Of a DNA stretch of 64,000 nt, positions 38,750-48,448 are shown in pieces. Every line of letters starts with the position of its first letter. The first letter of the stretch is position 1. This DNA is from an uncultured Candidatus Saccharibacteria bacterium (GTDB lineage: Bacteria; Patescibacteriota; Dojkabacteria; SC72). The notes under the pieces are model-generated. The model did no database searches. It had not been told where the DNA came from and saw nothing but the letters and a program-made list of their open reading frames with translations. The DNA lies in the NCBI GenBank assembly GCA_964536135.1, contig CAZHVM010000001.1:29268-93267 (forward strand), read 5' to 3'. The position numbers and the translations under genes were made by a program.

Positions 38750-39909
38750 ATTCCTGCCTTTATAAATATCTCCATCCAGTCACTCTTAGTTGGAATCTTA
38801 CCTGCTTTAGGTATTAATCCCTCATCCACCCATTCGCACTGCTTAAAACTAATTTTCCCCGAATATAATTTCTGATACAAAGTAGAATCCTCTTCTAATT
38901 TCTTCATTACTTTTCTTAATCCTCTGAAATAAACAACATCCTTTGCATAAATACCAGGATATGAAGTGTCCGACAAACCTCTCTTCACCCTATATGCTAT
39001 ATCAAAGGCCCCTAGTTTAGAGAAATTACCCAAAAGTACATTGTAAAGCTGTCTAAATGACAGCTCCTCTCCGACATATATAGCCCATGCTAAACCTGCT
39101 TTATTTTTTAGTGATTTCTCAGGTAAAAGACCCATATTATTCTCATTCCATGAAGCTAATCCCTCCTCTATATCTAAATAGCTTGCAAGATTTGGTTTAC
39201 TTATAGCCTCAAATCCACTCTTTTGGCCATAGTACGAACGAAGAGCATGAGTGCCTACCTCATGTATCAAAGTCTTTCTAAGTTGAAATCTACTCTTACT
39301 AATATTTCCATCCACAAGTACTTCCTTCCTCTTAACCCCTACTTTAACTCCATTCTTAGCGATATTTAAAGACTTATTTACAGACCAACCCTCCAGCCCT
39401 AATTCTTTAAATACAACATTAAAAACAGAAACTATTCTGTCATACCCCAACATTTCTGGATCTTTCTCGTTATCTTCCTTTGCCAAATTATATTTCCCAT
39501 ATTTGCCTCGCAGGACTCTAGCTGAATTTCTAAAAAGCTTAGCCGAAGGTTTACCATACCTAGCGACAGAGATATCTGTTACTGCTTCATTGTTCCCTAC
39601 TGCATGCATAAGATCACTTGCTTCTCTCTTTGAATCTATAAGATCTATGTAAAAATTCGAAATCCTTGGATCTACATCTGAGATCTCTTTTACAGCTGAA
39701 AGTTCTTTAAGAATTTCTCTGTTTTTGTTTTTTACTATCCTATATTGAAATTGAGGCTCATATGTCTCTGAAGCAAAAAACTTTTTCTTCTCTGAATTCA
39801 AATTGGTTGGAGTAAATACTAATGCAATTGGAATTTTTAACTCTCCAAGGAGCTTTGTTACTTCCCCCACTTTCATAGTTTTCTTGGCTTTTCTAAAGAA
39901 TATATTCAT
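38746..39909 (-). CDS. HExxH zincin-like predicted peptidase, DUF1704/QEGLA-motif family-like
   Basis: HEVGTHALR (HExxH) followed about 45 aa later by DIEEGLASW (QEGLA-like motif). This family is reported next to RimK-related ATP-grasp genes. Convergent with, and overlapping by 4 nt, the last ATP-grasp gene. Confidence 0.55.
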   Translation of the reverse strand: MNIFFRKAKKTMKVGEVTKLLGELKIPIALVFTPTNLNSEKKKFFASETYEPQFQYRIVKNKNREILKELSAVKEISDVDPRISNFYIDLIDSKREASDLMHAVGNNEAVTDISVARYGKPSAKLFRNSARVLRGKYGKYNLAKEDNEKDPEMLGYDRIVSVFNVVFKELGLEGWSVNKSLNIAKNGVKVGVKRKEVLVDGNISKSRFQLRKTLIHEVGTHALRSYYGQKSGFEAISKPNLASYLDIEEGLASWNENNMGLLPEKSLKNKAGLAWAIYVGEELSFRQLYNVLLGNFSKLGAFDIAYRVKRGLSDTSYPGIYAKDVVYFRGLRKVMKKLEEDSTLYQKLYSGKISFKQCEWVDEGLIPKAGKIPTKSDWMEIFIKAGI

Positions 39910-39943
39910 AGTTAATATTTACATAAATGGAAATAAAAAGGAA

Positions 39944-40963
39944 CTATCTTCTAAACTCTCGGTTAAAGGTAAACTTTCTATCTCCTGCTGCAAGAAGTTC
40001 CAGAGCTATACCCGTGCCTTTTGCTACACAAAATGCTGGATCATCTGCTACATGAGATGGAACACCTGTTGCTTTAGTGAAAAGTCTGTCTAGATTTCGC
40101 AACATTGCCGTACCACCACTCATTACCATACCTCTGTCAATAATGTCTGCAGAAAGTTCTGGTGGAGTTTTCTCCAAAACTGATTGTATACTCTTTATGA
40201 TACTTCTAAGAGGTCTTTCTACTGCTTTGGCTATATCGTTTGAGTCTACAACAATGGATTTTGGCATACCTGCGCCAACATCTCTACCTCTTACTTCCAT
40301 TTCTTTTGGATCTTTTACTTCAAGTGCTGAACCAATCTTAATCTTTACTCTCTCTGCCGTCTGTTCCCCAATTAAAAGACCTTTCTTTTTTCTCATATAC
40401 ATAATGATTGCTTCATTTATGGCATCTCCTGCTACTCGTAGAGAATCGTATTCTACAATTCCGTCTAATGACATAACTGCTACCTCTGTTGTTCCACCAC
40501 CCATATTTATAATCATGTTACCTGAAGATGTATGAATTGGAAGCTCTGCTCCAAGTGCAGCAAGAAGTGGCTCTGGCATAAGGGTTATCTCTTTAGCTCC
40601 CACAGCATTTGCAGCCTTAAGAACAGCTCTTTCTTCCACAGAAGTAATTCCGGCAGGTACGCTTATTACCACATCTGGTTTAAAGAACCTAGATTTACCA
40701 AGTGCCTTATCAAAGAAAAATCTTAGTAATGCTTCAGTCACTCTAGAATCTGCTATAACTCCATTTCTAAGTGGTCTTTTAGCAACAATATTCTCGGGGG
40801 TTTTTCCAATCATTTCTTTAGCTTCGTTACCTACTGCTACTACAGTAAATTTGTTCACATCTATAGCAACAACTGTTGGTTCTACAAATACTATACCCTC
40901 CCCCTGAACAAAAACCACAGAGTTTGCAGTACCTAAATCAATACCTAATTTCTTTGCAAACAT
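39944..40963 (-). CDS. MreB-like actin homolog, second copy
   Basis: Actin-fold motifs GIDLGTANSVVFV, EPTVVAID, NMGGGTTEVAV, MSGGTAMLRNLD; 339 aa. Paralog of the mreB in the mreBCD operon. Confidence 0.8.
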   Translation of the reverse strand: MFAKKLGIDLGTANSVVFVQGEGIVFVEPTVVAIDVNKFTVVAVGNEAKEMIGKTPENIVAKRPLRNGVIADSRVTEALLRFFFDKALGKSRFFKPDVVISVPAGITSVEERAVLKAANAVGAKEITLMPEPLLAALGAELPIHTSSGNMIINMGGGTTEVAVMSLDGIVEYDSLRVAGDAINEAIIMYMRKKKGLLIGEQTAERVKIKIGSALEVKDPKEMEVRGRDVGAGMPKSIVVDSNDIAKAVERPLRSIIKSIQSVLEKTPPELSADIIDRGMVMSGGTAMLRNLDRLFTKATGVPSHVADDPAFCVAKGTGIALELLAAGDRKFTFNREFRR

Positions 40964-40981
40964 AATAATTCAATATTATAA

Positions 40982-41962
40982 CTAGAATCCCATAGCTTCT
41001 AAAACTCTTGCCTCTGTCTCAGATGCTACTCGTTGGGCGTTTTTCTCTCCACTTTCCAAGAGATCGTAAATATATTCATCCCCTTTCCTATCTATTTCTG
41101 CTCTCTTTGCTCTAATTGGTTCCAAGAATGTTTCTATTGCGTTGAACAGTTTTGTCTTTACCTCTACATCACCAACGTTACCTTTTTTATACCTCTCTTT
41201 CAAATCTAAAATCTCTTCTTTATTTGGATTAAAGTAATCATGGTATATAAACACGGGATTTCCGTCCACTTCGCCAGGATCATTAGGATGTATTCTGTTT
41301 GGATCTGTGTACATAGACATAACCTTTTTCCTTACTGTCTCTGTATCGTCCGTAAAATATATGCCTCCTGTAGATTTTCCACTTTTCCCCTGCCCATCAA
41401 GACCAACCACGATATCTCCAATTAACCCCTTTGGTACATTGAAAACTTTCCCATATAAAGAATTAAAACTTAAAGCCAAATCATGAGCAATCTCAACATT
41501 CGCTTCGTTATCCTTCCCAACAGGAACAAGATCTGCATTCATTATTAAAATATCTGAAGCCATTAAAACAGGATATCCCATCAATCCATAAGTAAGCTTA
41601 TAGCCTAAGCCGAGCTTTTCTTTTAACATTGGCTGTCTTTCTAACTCAGGCATTTTAATTAACATTGAAAGAATAGTATTCAATCTATAGATCTGAGGAA
41701 TACGAGATTGTCTATAAAAAGTAATAACCTTCAGATCTAGTCCAAGGCTTAAATAAGTCCTCATCAAATTTAAGGTGTTTTGCTTTATCTCAGACACATT
41801 ATCGAAATGTGTCGTCAAGGCGTGATAGTCAGCAATAAAAATAAAGCTGTCAAAATCGTACTGCCTATCTATTCTATTTTTCAGGGTACCTACATATGCA
41901 GCAATTGGGAAAGTCCCTCCTGTCGCCCTGTCCCCTGTTAAAATTCTTTTCTTATCATTCAT
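40982..41962 (-). CDS. trpS: tryptophanyl-tRNA synthetase with degenerate HIGH-type motif
   Basis: Aligns with bacterial TrpRS (MASDILIMNADLVPVGKDNEANVEIAHDLALSFNSLYG vs [37 protein letters not shown]). KMSKS position reads KSGKS. The TIGN/HIGH position reads FPIAA. Confidence 0.75.
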   Translation of the reverse strand: MNDKKRILTGDRATGGTFPIAAYVGTLKNRIDRQYDFDSFIFIADYHALTTHFDNVSEIKQNTLNLMRTYLSLGLDLKVITFYRQSRIPQIYRLNTILSMLIKMPELERQPMLKEKLGLGYKLTYGLMGYPVLMASDILIMNADLVPVGKDNEANVEIAHDLALSFNSLYGKVFNVPKGLIGDIVVGLDGQGKSGKSTGGIYFTDDTETVRKKVMSMYTDPNRIHPNDPGEVDGNPVFIYHDYFNPNKEEILDLKERYKKGNVGDVEVKTKLFNAIETFLEPIRAKRAEIDRKGDEYIYDLLESGEKNAQRVASETEARVLEAMGF

Positions 41963-41986
41963 AGCTTACATTCTAACAAAATTATC

Positions 41987-43537
41987 TTGTATTATGCTAT
42001 ACTTTTCGAGATGTTAGAAGAACATAAAAATTTAAAAGACAAAATCATCCCCGTTCTACTTTCCATACTCTCCTCTATCATTATATTACTAGGAGCGGCA
42101 ATAATCTATCTATATTCAAGTGGATACAGAATAGATATATTTAAAAGAGAAATAAGTATAACTGGAGTCATAACGATACAGAGTGATCCAAATTTGGCAG
42201 AGATGTATATAAATCAGGAGAATGTTGGAAGAACACCAAGAAGCCATGTACTGAAAGTGGGAGATTATGACATCTCACTAAAGAAAGAAAGTTATAAAGA
42301 TTGGAACAAGAAAATTACTGTTGCTGAAGGAAAATCAACTCCGTTATTCCCATTTTTAGTTTATGACACAACCGCAAGTAAGGAAAAATGGCAGTCTGAT
42401 GGATTGATTGAGAAAATTTGGATGAATGAGACAAGAAACAATATCCTCTTCTTACAAAAAGATTCCAACTCTTCCTACTCGCTATGGGAATACACTATAA
42501 ATACCCCTATATGGGATTTCTCCACAAACCCTTCAAAAATACTCTCTCTAGAGTCAAATAAGATTGCTATAAGTATTTCTCCCAATGGACAGAGAGCAAT
42601 TCTAACCAGTACCGCTTCTGATACGACTTCATTCTACCTTCTCAATACTCAACAATTAAACACCCTAGGAAGTTCTAATCAATTGCCTTTTGGAAGCTAT
42701 TCTAAATCTACAATATCTTGGAGTAAAAACAATCGATATATTGTATTCGATTCTTCTAAAGAACTTCTCTCATACGACATTGAAAAACAAACATTTACAA
42801 CTCTTCTTAAAAAAGATGCTTCTCAAAAGTATATCTGGGATACAGATACAGAAGGTTCTCTATATATAATCGCAGAGATTTTAAGTGATGAGTTAGAAAA
42901 TATCTACACCTACTCCCTTACGCAAAAATCTCTTGCCGGAAACAATACAAAAACTATCATTGAAAAAATATACTTGCAAGGATCTGAAGAGTATATCAAA
43001 GAGTACAGAGATGCTGATGGTATTTGGCAAGAATTTACAAATTCTCCAGAGAGCACACAAAGCTCCGGAGAGATAAATGATTTAGATGTAAACGTAAGTG
43101 CGAAGGGTATGTATATATCAACCTCATTTGCATCTTACTGGTACTTTATTGATACCTCCAAATTTCTTATGATTTCCCCATATCCAACAGAATTACTCTC
43201 CTACTCCCCAGACTCTACAAAATTAGGATACAAGGATCTCAAAGGCTATCAGCTCTTTACCTTTGATAAAGAAGAGGAAGACCATACTGTGAGAATCGGT
43301 TCGAAGATCATAAATAACGTGACAAATAATTTCTTCTGGCTATCAGACTCGACATACATTTACTTCAAAGACGGAAATAATATATTTATATCTGACAAAG
43401 ATGGCGACAACAAATATTCATTAACAGAATCCACAAATATTCTTGAGTACTCAATAAACAACGCTCGAGATATCCTCTATACCTTCGAAAAGAATAGTGA
43501 TGGTAAATTAACCATTGTTGAGAATAAATTTCACTAA
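41987..43537 (+). CDS. membrane-anchored PEGA-domain protein with beta-rich C-terminal region
   Basis: N-terminal TM helix; PEGA-like segment (ITIQSDPNLAEMYINQENVGRTPRSHVLKVGDYDISLKKESYKDW); long Ser/Thr/Asn/Tyr-rich remainder. Confidence 0.55.
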   Translation: MYYAILFEMLEEHKNLKDKIIPVLLSILSSIIILLGAAIIYLYSSGYRIDIFKREISITGVITIQSDPNLAEMYINQENVGRTPRSHVLKVGDYDISLKKESYKDWNKKITVAEGKSTPLFPFLVYDTTASKEKWQSDGLIEKIWMNETRNNILFLQKDSNSSYSLWEYTINTPIWDFSTNPSKILSLESNKIAISISPNGQRAILTSTASDTTSFYLLNTQQLNTLGSSNQLPFGSYSKSTISWSKNNRYIVFDSSKELLSYDIEKQTFTTLLKKDASQKYIWDTDTEGSLYIIAEILSDELENIYTYSLTQKSLAGNNTKTIIEKIYLQGSEEYIKEYRDADGIWQEFTNSPESTQSSGEINDLDVNVSAKGMYISTSFASYWYFIDTSKFLMISPYPTELLSYSPDSTKLGYKDLKGYQLFTFDKEEEDHTVRIGSKIINNVTNNFFWLSDSTYIYFKDGNNIFISDKDGDNKYSLTESTNILEYSINNARDILYTFEKNSDGKLTIVENKFH

Positions 43538-43541
43538 GATA

Positions 43542-43615
43542 CGCATCCGGCCGGAATCGAACCGACAACCTACGCGTTAGGAGTGCGTTGCTCTGTCCTT
43601 TTGAGCTACGGATGC
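43542..43615 (-). tRNA. tRNA-Arg (anticodon CCT)
   Basis: Minus-strand cloverleaf: acceptor gcatccg/cggatgc, D arm gctc-aaaaggaca-gagc, anticodon stem acgca/cgcgt (one A-C mismatch) with loop ctCCTaa, T arm gtcgg-ttcgatt-ccggc; no encoded CCA. Confidence 0.65.
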
Positions 43616-43672
43616 ATGTATAAATATACCACATTTCCAGAAGTAATTTAATTAGCTATGGGATAATAGATA

Positions 43673-46555
43673 TTGTCATTTAATGGTATAATTAAGGTTG
43701 CTATGGAACAAGAGTATATAAAAATAAAAGGAGCAAGAGAGAACAACCTTAAGAATATATCAGTAGATATACCCAAAAACAAGCTTGTGGTATTTACTGG
43801 TGTATCTGGAAGTGGTAAATCTACGCTTGCATTTGACACCCTCTATGCAGAAGGTCAAAGAAGATACGTTGAATCTCTATCTTCCTATGCTAGACAGTTT
43901 CTAGGAGTAATGAAGAAACCCGATGTAGATTCAATCACAGGACTCTCTCCAGCAATATCCATAGACCAGAAAACAACAGGTACAAATCCTCGCTCTACAG
44001 TCGGAACCATTACAGAAATATACAATCATCTTCGACTACTCTATGGGCATATAGGACAACCCCACTGTCCAAGGTGTGGTTCCCCAATTCAATCACAAAC
44101 CATCCAACAAATAACAAATAAAGTGATCAAAGAGATCTCCAACACCTCTGAGGTTACACAGGTTGTTTCACCCATCATTAAAAACAGAAAAGGCGAATTT
44201 ACCGCTCTTCTAAGCAAACTCCTCTCGAAAGGCTTTTTAAGGGTCATTATAGATGGAGATACATACCTTCTTGACGATATAGAGGACATAAAACTAGAAG
44301 AAAACAACAAACATACAATAGATTTAGTAATAGATAGAATAGATTCCACCAAATTAGATAGAAAAAGACTCACAGATGCCATTGAACTAGCAATTACACA
44401 GTCAAATGGTGAAGTAAAGATATTACTTAAAGATAAAGAGCTATTCTTCTCAGAAAACAATACATGTCCGAAATGTGAGATATCCTATCCAAAGATCACT
44501 CCAGCATCCTTCTCTTTCAATGCTCCAGAGGGCGCATGCCCTAAGTGTGCAGGGCTAGGTGTTTTGAAAGAAATTGATGTAAATTTAATATACAACCCTG
44601 CCTTAACAATACTAGAGGGTGGCATCTTCCCATGGAGTAACAGAACTAGCAAAGATTCTTGGACATTGCGAATACTTCAAGGAATAGCTAAAGAACATGG
44701 TTTTAACCTTACTACACCAATCGGTAAATACCCAAAGGAAATTTTCGGCTTGATTTTCTATGGGAATGGCACAAAAGAGGCATATACAATTGAATACACC
44801 AATAGATTTGGTAGAACTAGACTCTATGAAGCCGAATATGAGGGAGTCATTCCAGAATTAGAGAGAAGATACAAGGAAACATCCTCGGATTATGCTCGAT
44901 TCGAGACAGAGAAGTACATGAGAGAGAACGTATGCCCTGTGTGTGAAGGAAAACGACTTAAACCCTACTCTTTAGCAGTTACTATCGATGGTAAGAATAT
45001 AGATGAAATTACCAATATGCCAACAAAAGATGTCTTAACATTCTTCAAAGCACTAGAGCTAAAAGGAAGTAAGAAAGACATTGCAGAACCAATAATTAAG
45101 GAAATTAATCAAAGATTAAATTTCTTAGAGAATGTCGGTTTAAACTACCTTTCGTTATCTAGAAAAGCCAATACACTCTCAGGTGGAGAATCACAAAGAA
45201 TTAGACTAGCTTCTCAAATAGGTACTGGACTTTCAGGAGTCCTCTATGTGCTAGACGAGCCATCTATTGGCCTTCACCAAAGAGATATCTCAAAACTCAT
45301 AACCTCCCTAAAAGATTTAAGAGATGGAGGAAATAGCATAATTGTAGTTGAACATGACGAAGAAATGACAAAGAGTGCCGACTGGATTTTAGATATTGGG
45401 CCATTTGCGGGTAAGCATGGTGGAAGCGTAGTTGCCAAAGGTACTTTAGAAGATATTAAGCACAGCGACTCGTTGACTGCGAAGTATCTCAACAAAGCCC
45501 TCTCTGTCGGGCAAGACATTCCTCAATCAATTCCAAGCACTAGCGGGAAAGAGATTTCTTTAATGGGTATAAAAACTCACAACTTAAAGAACTTAGATCT
45601 AACTATCCCACTAAACCAGCTAATTTGTATCACAGGTGTTTCTGGCAGCGGCAAGTCTTCACTGATAGCAGATACGCTTTATCCAGTACTAGCAAATAGA
45701 ATATCAAGGTCTAAGCTTCAAGAAGGAAAATATGACTCAATTGAGGGTTTAGAGAATGTAAATCAGGTAATTAATATCGATCAGTCTCCTATCGGAAGAA
45801 CTCCTCGCTCAAACCCGGCCACATACACAGGTGTATTTACCCAAATAAGAGAAATCTTCGCCCAAACAAACGAAGCACAAGCCAGAGGATACAAAGCTGG
45901 TAGATTTAGTTTCAATGCAAAAGGTGGAAGATGTGAGAAATGCCGTGGTGACGGCGTTTTAAAGATAGAGATGCAGTTCTTGCCAGACATGTACATAACC
46001 TGTGATGAGTGTAATGGTAGCCGATACAATGACGAAGCACTTCAAATAGATTTTAAAGGTAAAAATATATCTGAAATTTTAAAAATGACAGTCGAAGAAG
46101 CTTTAGAGTTTTTCAAAAATATTCCCTCTATATATCGGAAGCTTTCTGTTCTCAACGAGGTCGGTCTTGGATACATTGAACTCGGGCAATCAGCTCTTAC
46201 TCTATCTGGTGGAGAATCCCAGAGGGTAAAGCTTTCCAAAGAGCTTTCTAAGATGTCTCGAGGGCATACTTTATACATCCTTGATGAGCCTACTACAGGG
46301 TTACACTACTACGATGTAGATAAATTGTTAGTAATTTTAAGAAACTTGGTAAAAAAGGGTCACACAGTAATCACGGTTGAACATAATATGGATATTGTCC
46401 GACACTCAGACTGGATAATTGATCTCGGACCGGAAGGTGGAGACCAGGGAGGCTACATTATTGCTCAAGGGTCAGTGTCAGATATCATAAAAAACAAGCA
46501 AAGTTGGACTGGAAAATATCTTAAAAAATACATTGGTGAAACTTCACGGGAGTAA
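43673..46555 (+). CDS. uvrA: excinuclease ABC subunit A
   Basis: Two ABC ATPase modules (GVSGSGKST twice, LSGGESQR twice), zinc fingers (CPRCG, CPKC...[15 protein letters not shown]). TTG start in track; an ATG 11 codons in ([14 protein letters not shown]) is the more typical UvrA N-terminus. Confidence 0.95.
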   Translation: MSFNGIIKVAMEQEYIKIKGARENNLKNISVDIPKNKLVVFTGVSGSGKSTLAFDTLYAEGQRRYVESLSSYARQFLGVMKKPDVDSITGLSPAISIDQKTTGTNPRSTVGTITEIYNHLRLLYGHIGQPHCPRCGSPIQSQTIQQITNKVIKEISNTSEVTQVVSPIIKNRKGEFTALLSKLLSKGFLRVIIDGDTYLLDDIEDIKLEENNKHTIDLVIDRIDSTKLDRKRLTDAIELAITQSNGEVKILLKDKELFFSENNTCPKCEISYPKITPASFSFNAPEGACPKCAGLGVLKEIDVNLIYNPALTILEGGIFPWSNRTSKDSWTLRILQGIAKEHGFNLTTPIGKYPKEIFGLIFYGNGTKEAYTIEYTNRFGRTRLYEAEYEGVIPELERRYKETSSDYARFETEKYMRENVCPVCEGKRLKPYSLAVTIDGKNIDEITNMPTKDVLTFFKALELKGSKKDIAEPIIKEINQRLNFLENVGLNYLSLSRKANTLSGGESQRIRLASQIGTGLSGVLYVLDEPSIGLHQRDISKLITSLKDLRDGGNSIIVVEHDEEMTKSADWILDIGPFAGKHGGSVVAKGTLEDIKHSDSLTAKYLNKALSVGQDIPQSIPSTSGKEISLMGIKTHNLKNLDLTIPLNQLICITGVSGSGKSSLIADTLYPVLANRISRSKLQEGKYDSIEGLENVNQVINIDQSPIGRTPRSNPATYTGVFTQIREIFAQTNEAQARGYKAGRFSFNAKGGRCEKCRGDGVLKIEMQFLPDMYITCDECNGSRYNDEALQIDFKGKNISEILKMTVEEALEFFKNIPSIYRKLSVLNEVGLGYIELGQSALTLSGGESQRVKLSKELSKMSRGHTLYILDEPTTGLHYYDVDKLLVILRNLVKKGHTVITVEHNMDIVRHSDWIIDLGPEGGDQGGYIIAQGSVSDIIKNKQSWTGKYLKKYIGETSRE

Positions 46556-46746
46556 ACACGATAGCCACATCTTTACTATCACAAAATGACTGGGTGTAAA
46601 AAATAACCCCAATTTGTATTTTCTTTTACTTAAAAATGCTTTTTGAGCAAAAACTGTTGAAAATGCAAAAACTTCAGATCTGTGTAAGTTCAGATAGTTT
46701 TAACGAAATCTTCATTACTCTTTTTTGAAATTTCCTGATGTTCCAC

Positions 46747-46995
46747 TTAGTACGATACTGAAAACACCCATTCTTCCTTACTTTCTTTTCCACAGATAAT
46801 ACACTTGCCCGAGGAGCCGACACCCTCTTTTGTGAGACATCTGGTGGTAGCCTTGGTTTCACTCTTAATCTTCTCCTCACACTCATTGTTACCACACCAA
46901 TGTGCTAGTACAAATCCCTTTTCATTGCTTAGGACACTCTTTAGCTCTTCATATGACCCTACTCTATGGGTTTTTGATACTAACCACAGCTTAAA
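46747..46995 (-). pseudogene. remnant of prolyl-tRNA synthetase C-terminal zinc-binding domain (no start codon)
   Basis: Minus-strand frame translates to ...GSYEELKSVLSNEKGFVLAHWCGNNECEEKIKSETKATTRCLTKEGVGSSGKCIICGKESKEEWVFSVSY*. Matches the archaeal/eukaryote-type ProRS C-terminal domain (AHWCG..ECE.KIK..T.AT.R......C..CGK......FA.SY end). Upstream frame runs into a stop with no Met. Coordinates approximate. Confidence 0.55.
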
Positions 46996-48364
46996 CTATC
47001 TTTCCCTCAAAGCCCCAATGCTGCGCAGCTTTGGCAAGTGCAGAATCTGGATTTTGGAGTATCCACTCATCTATTTTTCCTCTGCCCAACGCAATATCTT
47101 TGGCCTGCACTACCGCTTCTACACCAGCCTCTATACCCCATGGATGTCCTAACACTCCACCACCACACTGTATGATTATGTCCTCACCAAGTTGTTTAAT
47201 TGACTCATCAATAGTGCCTGGATGAAGACCACCAGAAGCTACATGCCATACTGGCTTCATGCCATACCAATTCTGCCCTAGTGTCATTGAACTTGCTGGC
47301 GTTACATCTAACTGTAATGTGTCTCTAATCAATTTTGGCTCTCCATAGTTTTCCATCTTAGTTTTTGGAGCACCACCATGTATTGAATCCACACCTAAAA
47401 GACGCATTAGCTTAGCAATAACTACCATAGACATTGAGAAATCAGCAATAAAGCCTTTGTCATATACTCCAGCACCAGAATCCCTATCAAAAAGACCATG
47501 CATAGCCCTATGTGCATGTATAGCCAATCCAGGATTTTTCAATCTCATTGTATGAACAGCAGAAAATCCAGTAACAACGACATCCAACATCATCCATCTT
47601 CCACCCTGTGCCTTTATACGATCTGTTCTCTCAATCATTGTATCAAAGTTAGAATGAGTAACATTACAAAGGTAGAACTTCTTTTTCCCAGATTTCTTCT
47701 CAATATCTCTTTGAACAGCATGTACAAGATCGCATCTGTCTTCAAATTTGTTAAAAAACAAGCTTGTTAGGTTCTCATCATCCTTAATCCCATGGTAATC
47801 ACCATTTGCAGCAGTAAACAGTACCTTTGCTAATTCGGCCTGCTCTTTGGCTGTTCTACCAACTTTTGGCTTAGGTACAGTACAAAGCAAAGGTCCCTCT
47901 TCCAGTTGCATTTGCTCCCTTACTCCACTGATACCAAACTGTGGACCAGGGAAAGATTGCACAATGGCTTTAGGAAATCGAACATCTAGACATCTAAAAG
48001 CTTTAAGCATCTTCATTCCATCTATATTCCCAACTATACCTGCTAGAAGACCAGACATATTTCCAAGCTCAAAAAGTTCTTTTTTGTAGGCTATCTTGAA
48101 TGTTTTTGTCTTTGGCTCAAGATCAAAAGCTATCGCTTTCATTTTGTCAGCCATCTTTACACCTGAGTTTTTTCCAGAATACACACCAGTCCACGTACCA
48201 GTAGAACTCTCAGCTGCACATGCAGCAGCTACATCCTCAAATTTATCCATACCGATACCATCGGCAAGCTCGATATCTAAAAAGGATATTATGTAGTCCT
48301 CATCGGGATTTTTTGGCTTCCATCCCTTAGGAGCAACATATGATGAATGATTTGAACTAAACAT
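46991..48364 (-). CDS. RuBisCO large subunit, form II/III-like
   Basis: Catalytic signatures present: PKPKVG (KPKLG-type), GDYHGIKDDENL (GxDFxKDDE with the carbamylated Lys), HAHRAMHG, GGGVLGHPWG; 457 aa. Confidence 0.85.
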   Translation of the reverse strand: MFSSNHSSYVAPKGWKPKNPDEDYIISFLDIELADGIGMDKFEDVAAACAAESSTGTWTGVYSGKNSGVKMADKMKAIAFDLEPKTKTFKIAYKKELFELGNMSGLLAGIVGNIDGMKMLKAFRCLDVRFPKAIVQSFPGPQFGISGVREQMQLEEGPLLCTVPKPKVGRTAKEQAELAKVLFTAANGDYHGIKDDENLTSLFFNKFEDRCDLVHAVQRDIEKKSGKKKFYLCNVTHSNFDTMIERTDRIKAQGGRWMMLDVVVTGFSAVHTMRLKNPGLAIHAHRAMHGLFDRDSGAGVYDKGFIADFSMSMVVIAKLMRLLGVDSIHGGAPKTKMENYGEPKLIRDTLQLDVTPASSMTLGQNWYGMKPVWHVASGGLHPGTIDESIKQLGEDIIIQCGGGVLGHPWGIEAGVEAVVQAKDIALGRGKIDEWILQNPDSALAKAAQHWGFEGKIV

Positions 48365-48448
48365 TGGCAGTAAATCTATATATTATACATCTACATATTA
48401 AATCAAACCTCTCCTTTTGTAAAATACCTATCTAGGATATAATGCGGT

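Noticed and set aside
46674-46895. 73-aa minus-strand ORF downstream of uvrA
   Set aside because: Arg/Lys-rich low-complexity reading in a different frame from the ProRS C-terminal remnant that covers the same DNA; the ProRS-like frame is the meaningful one.
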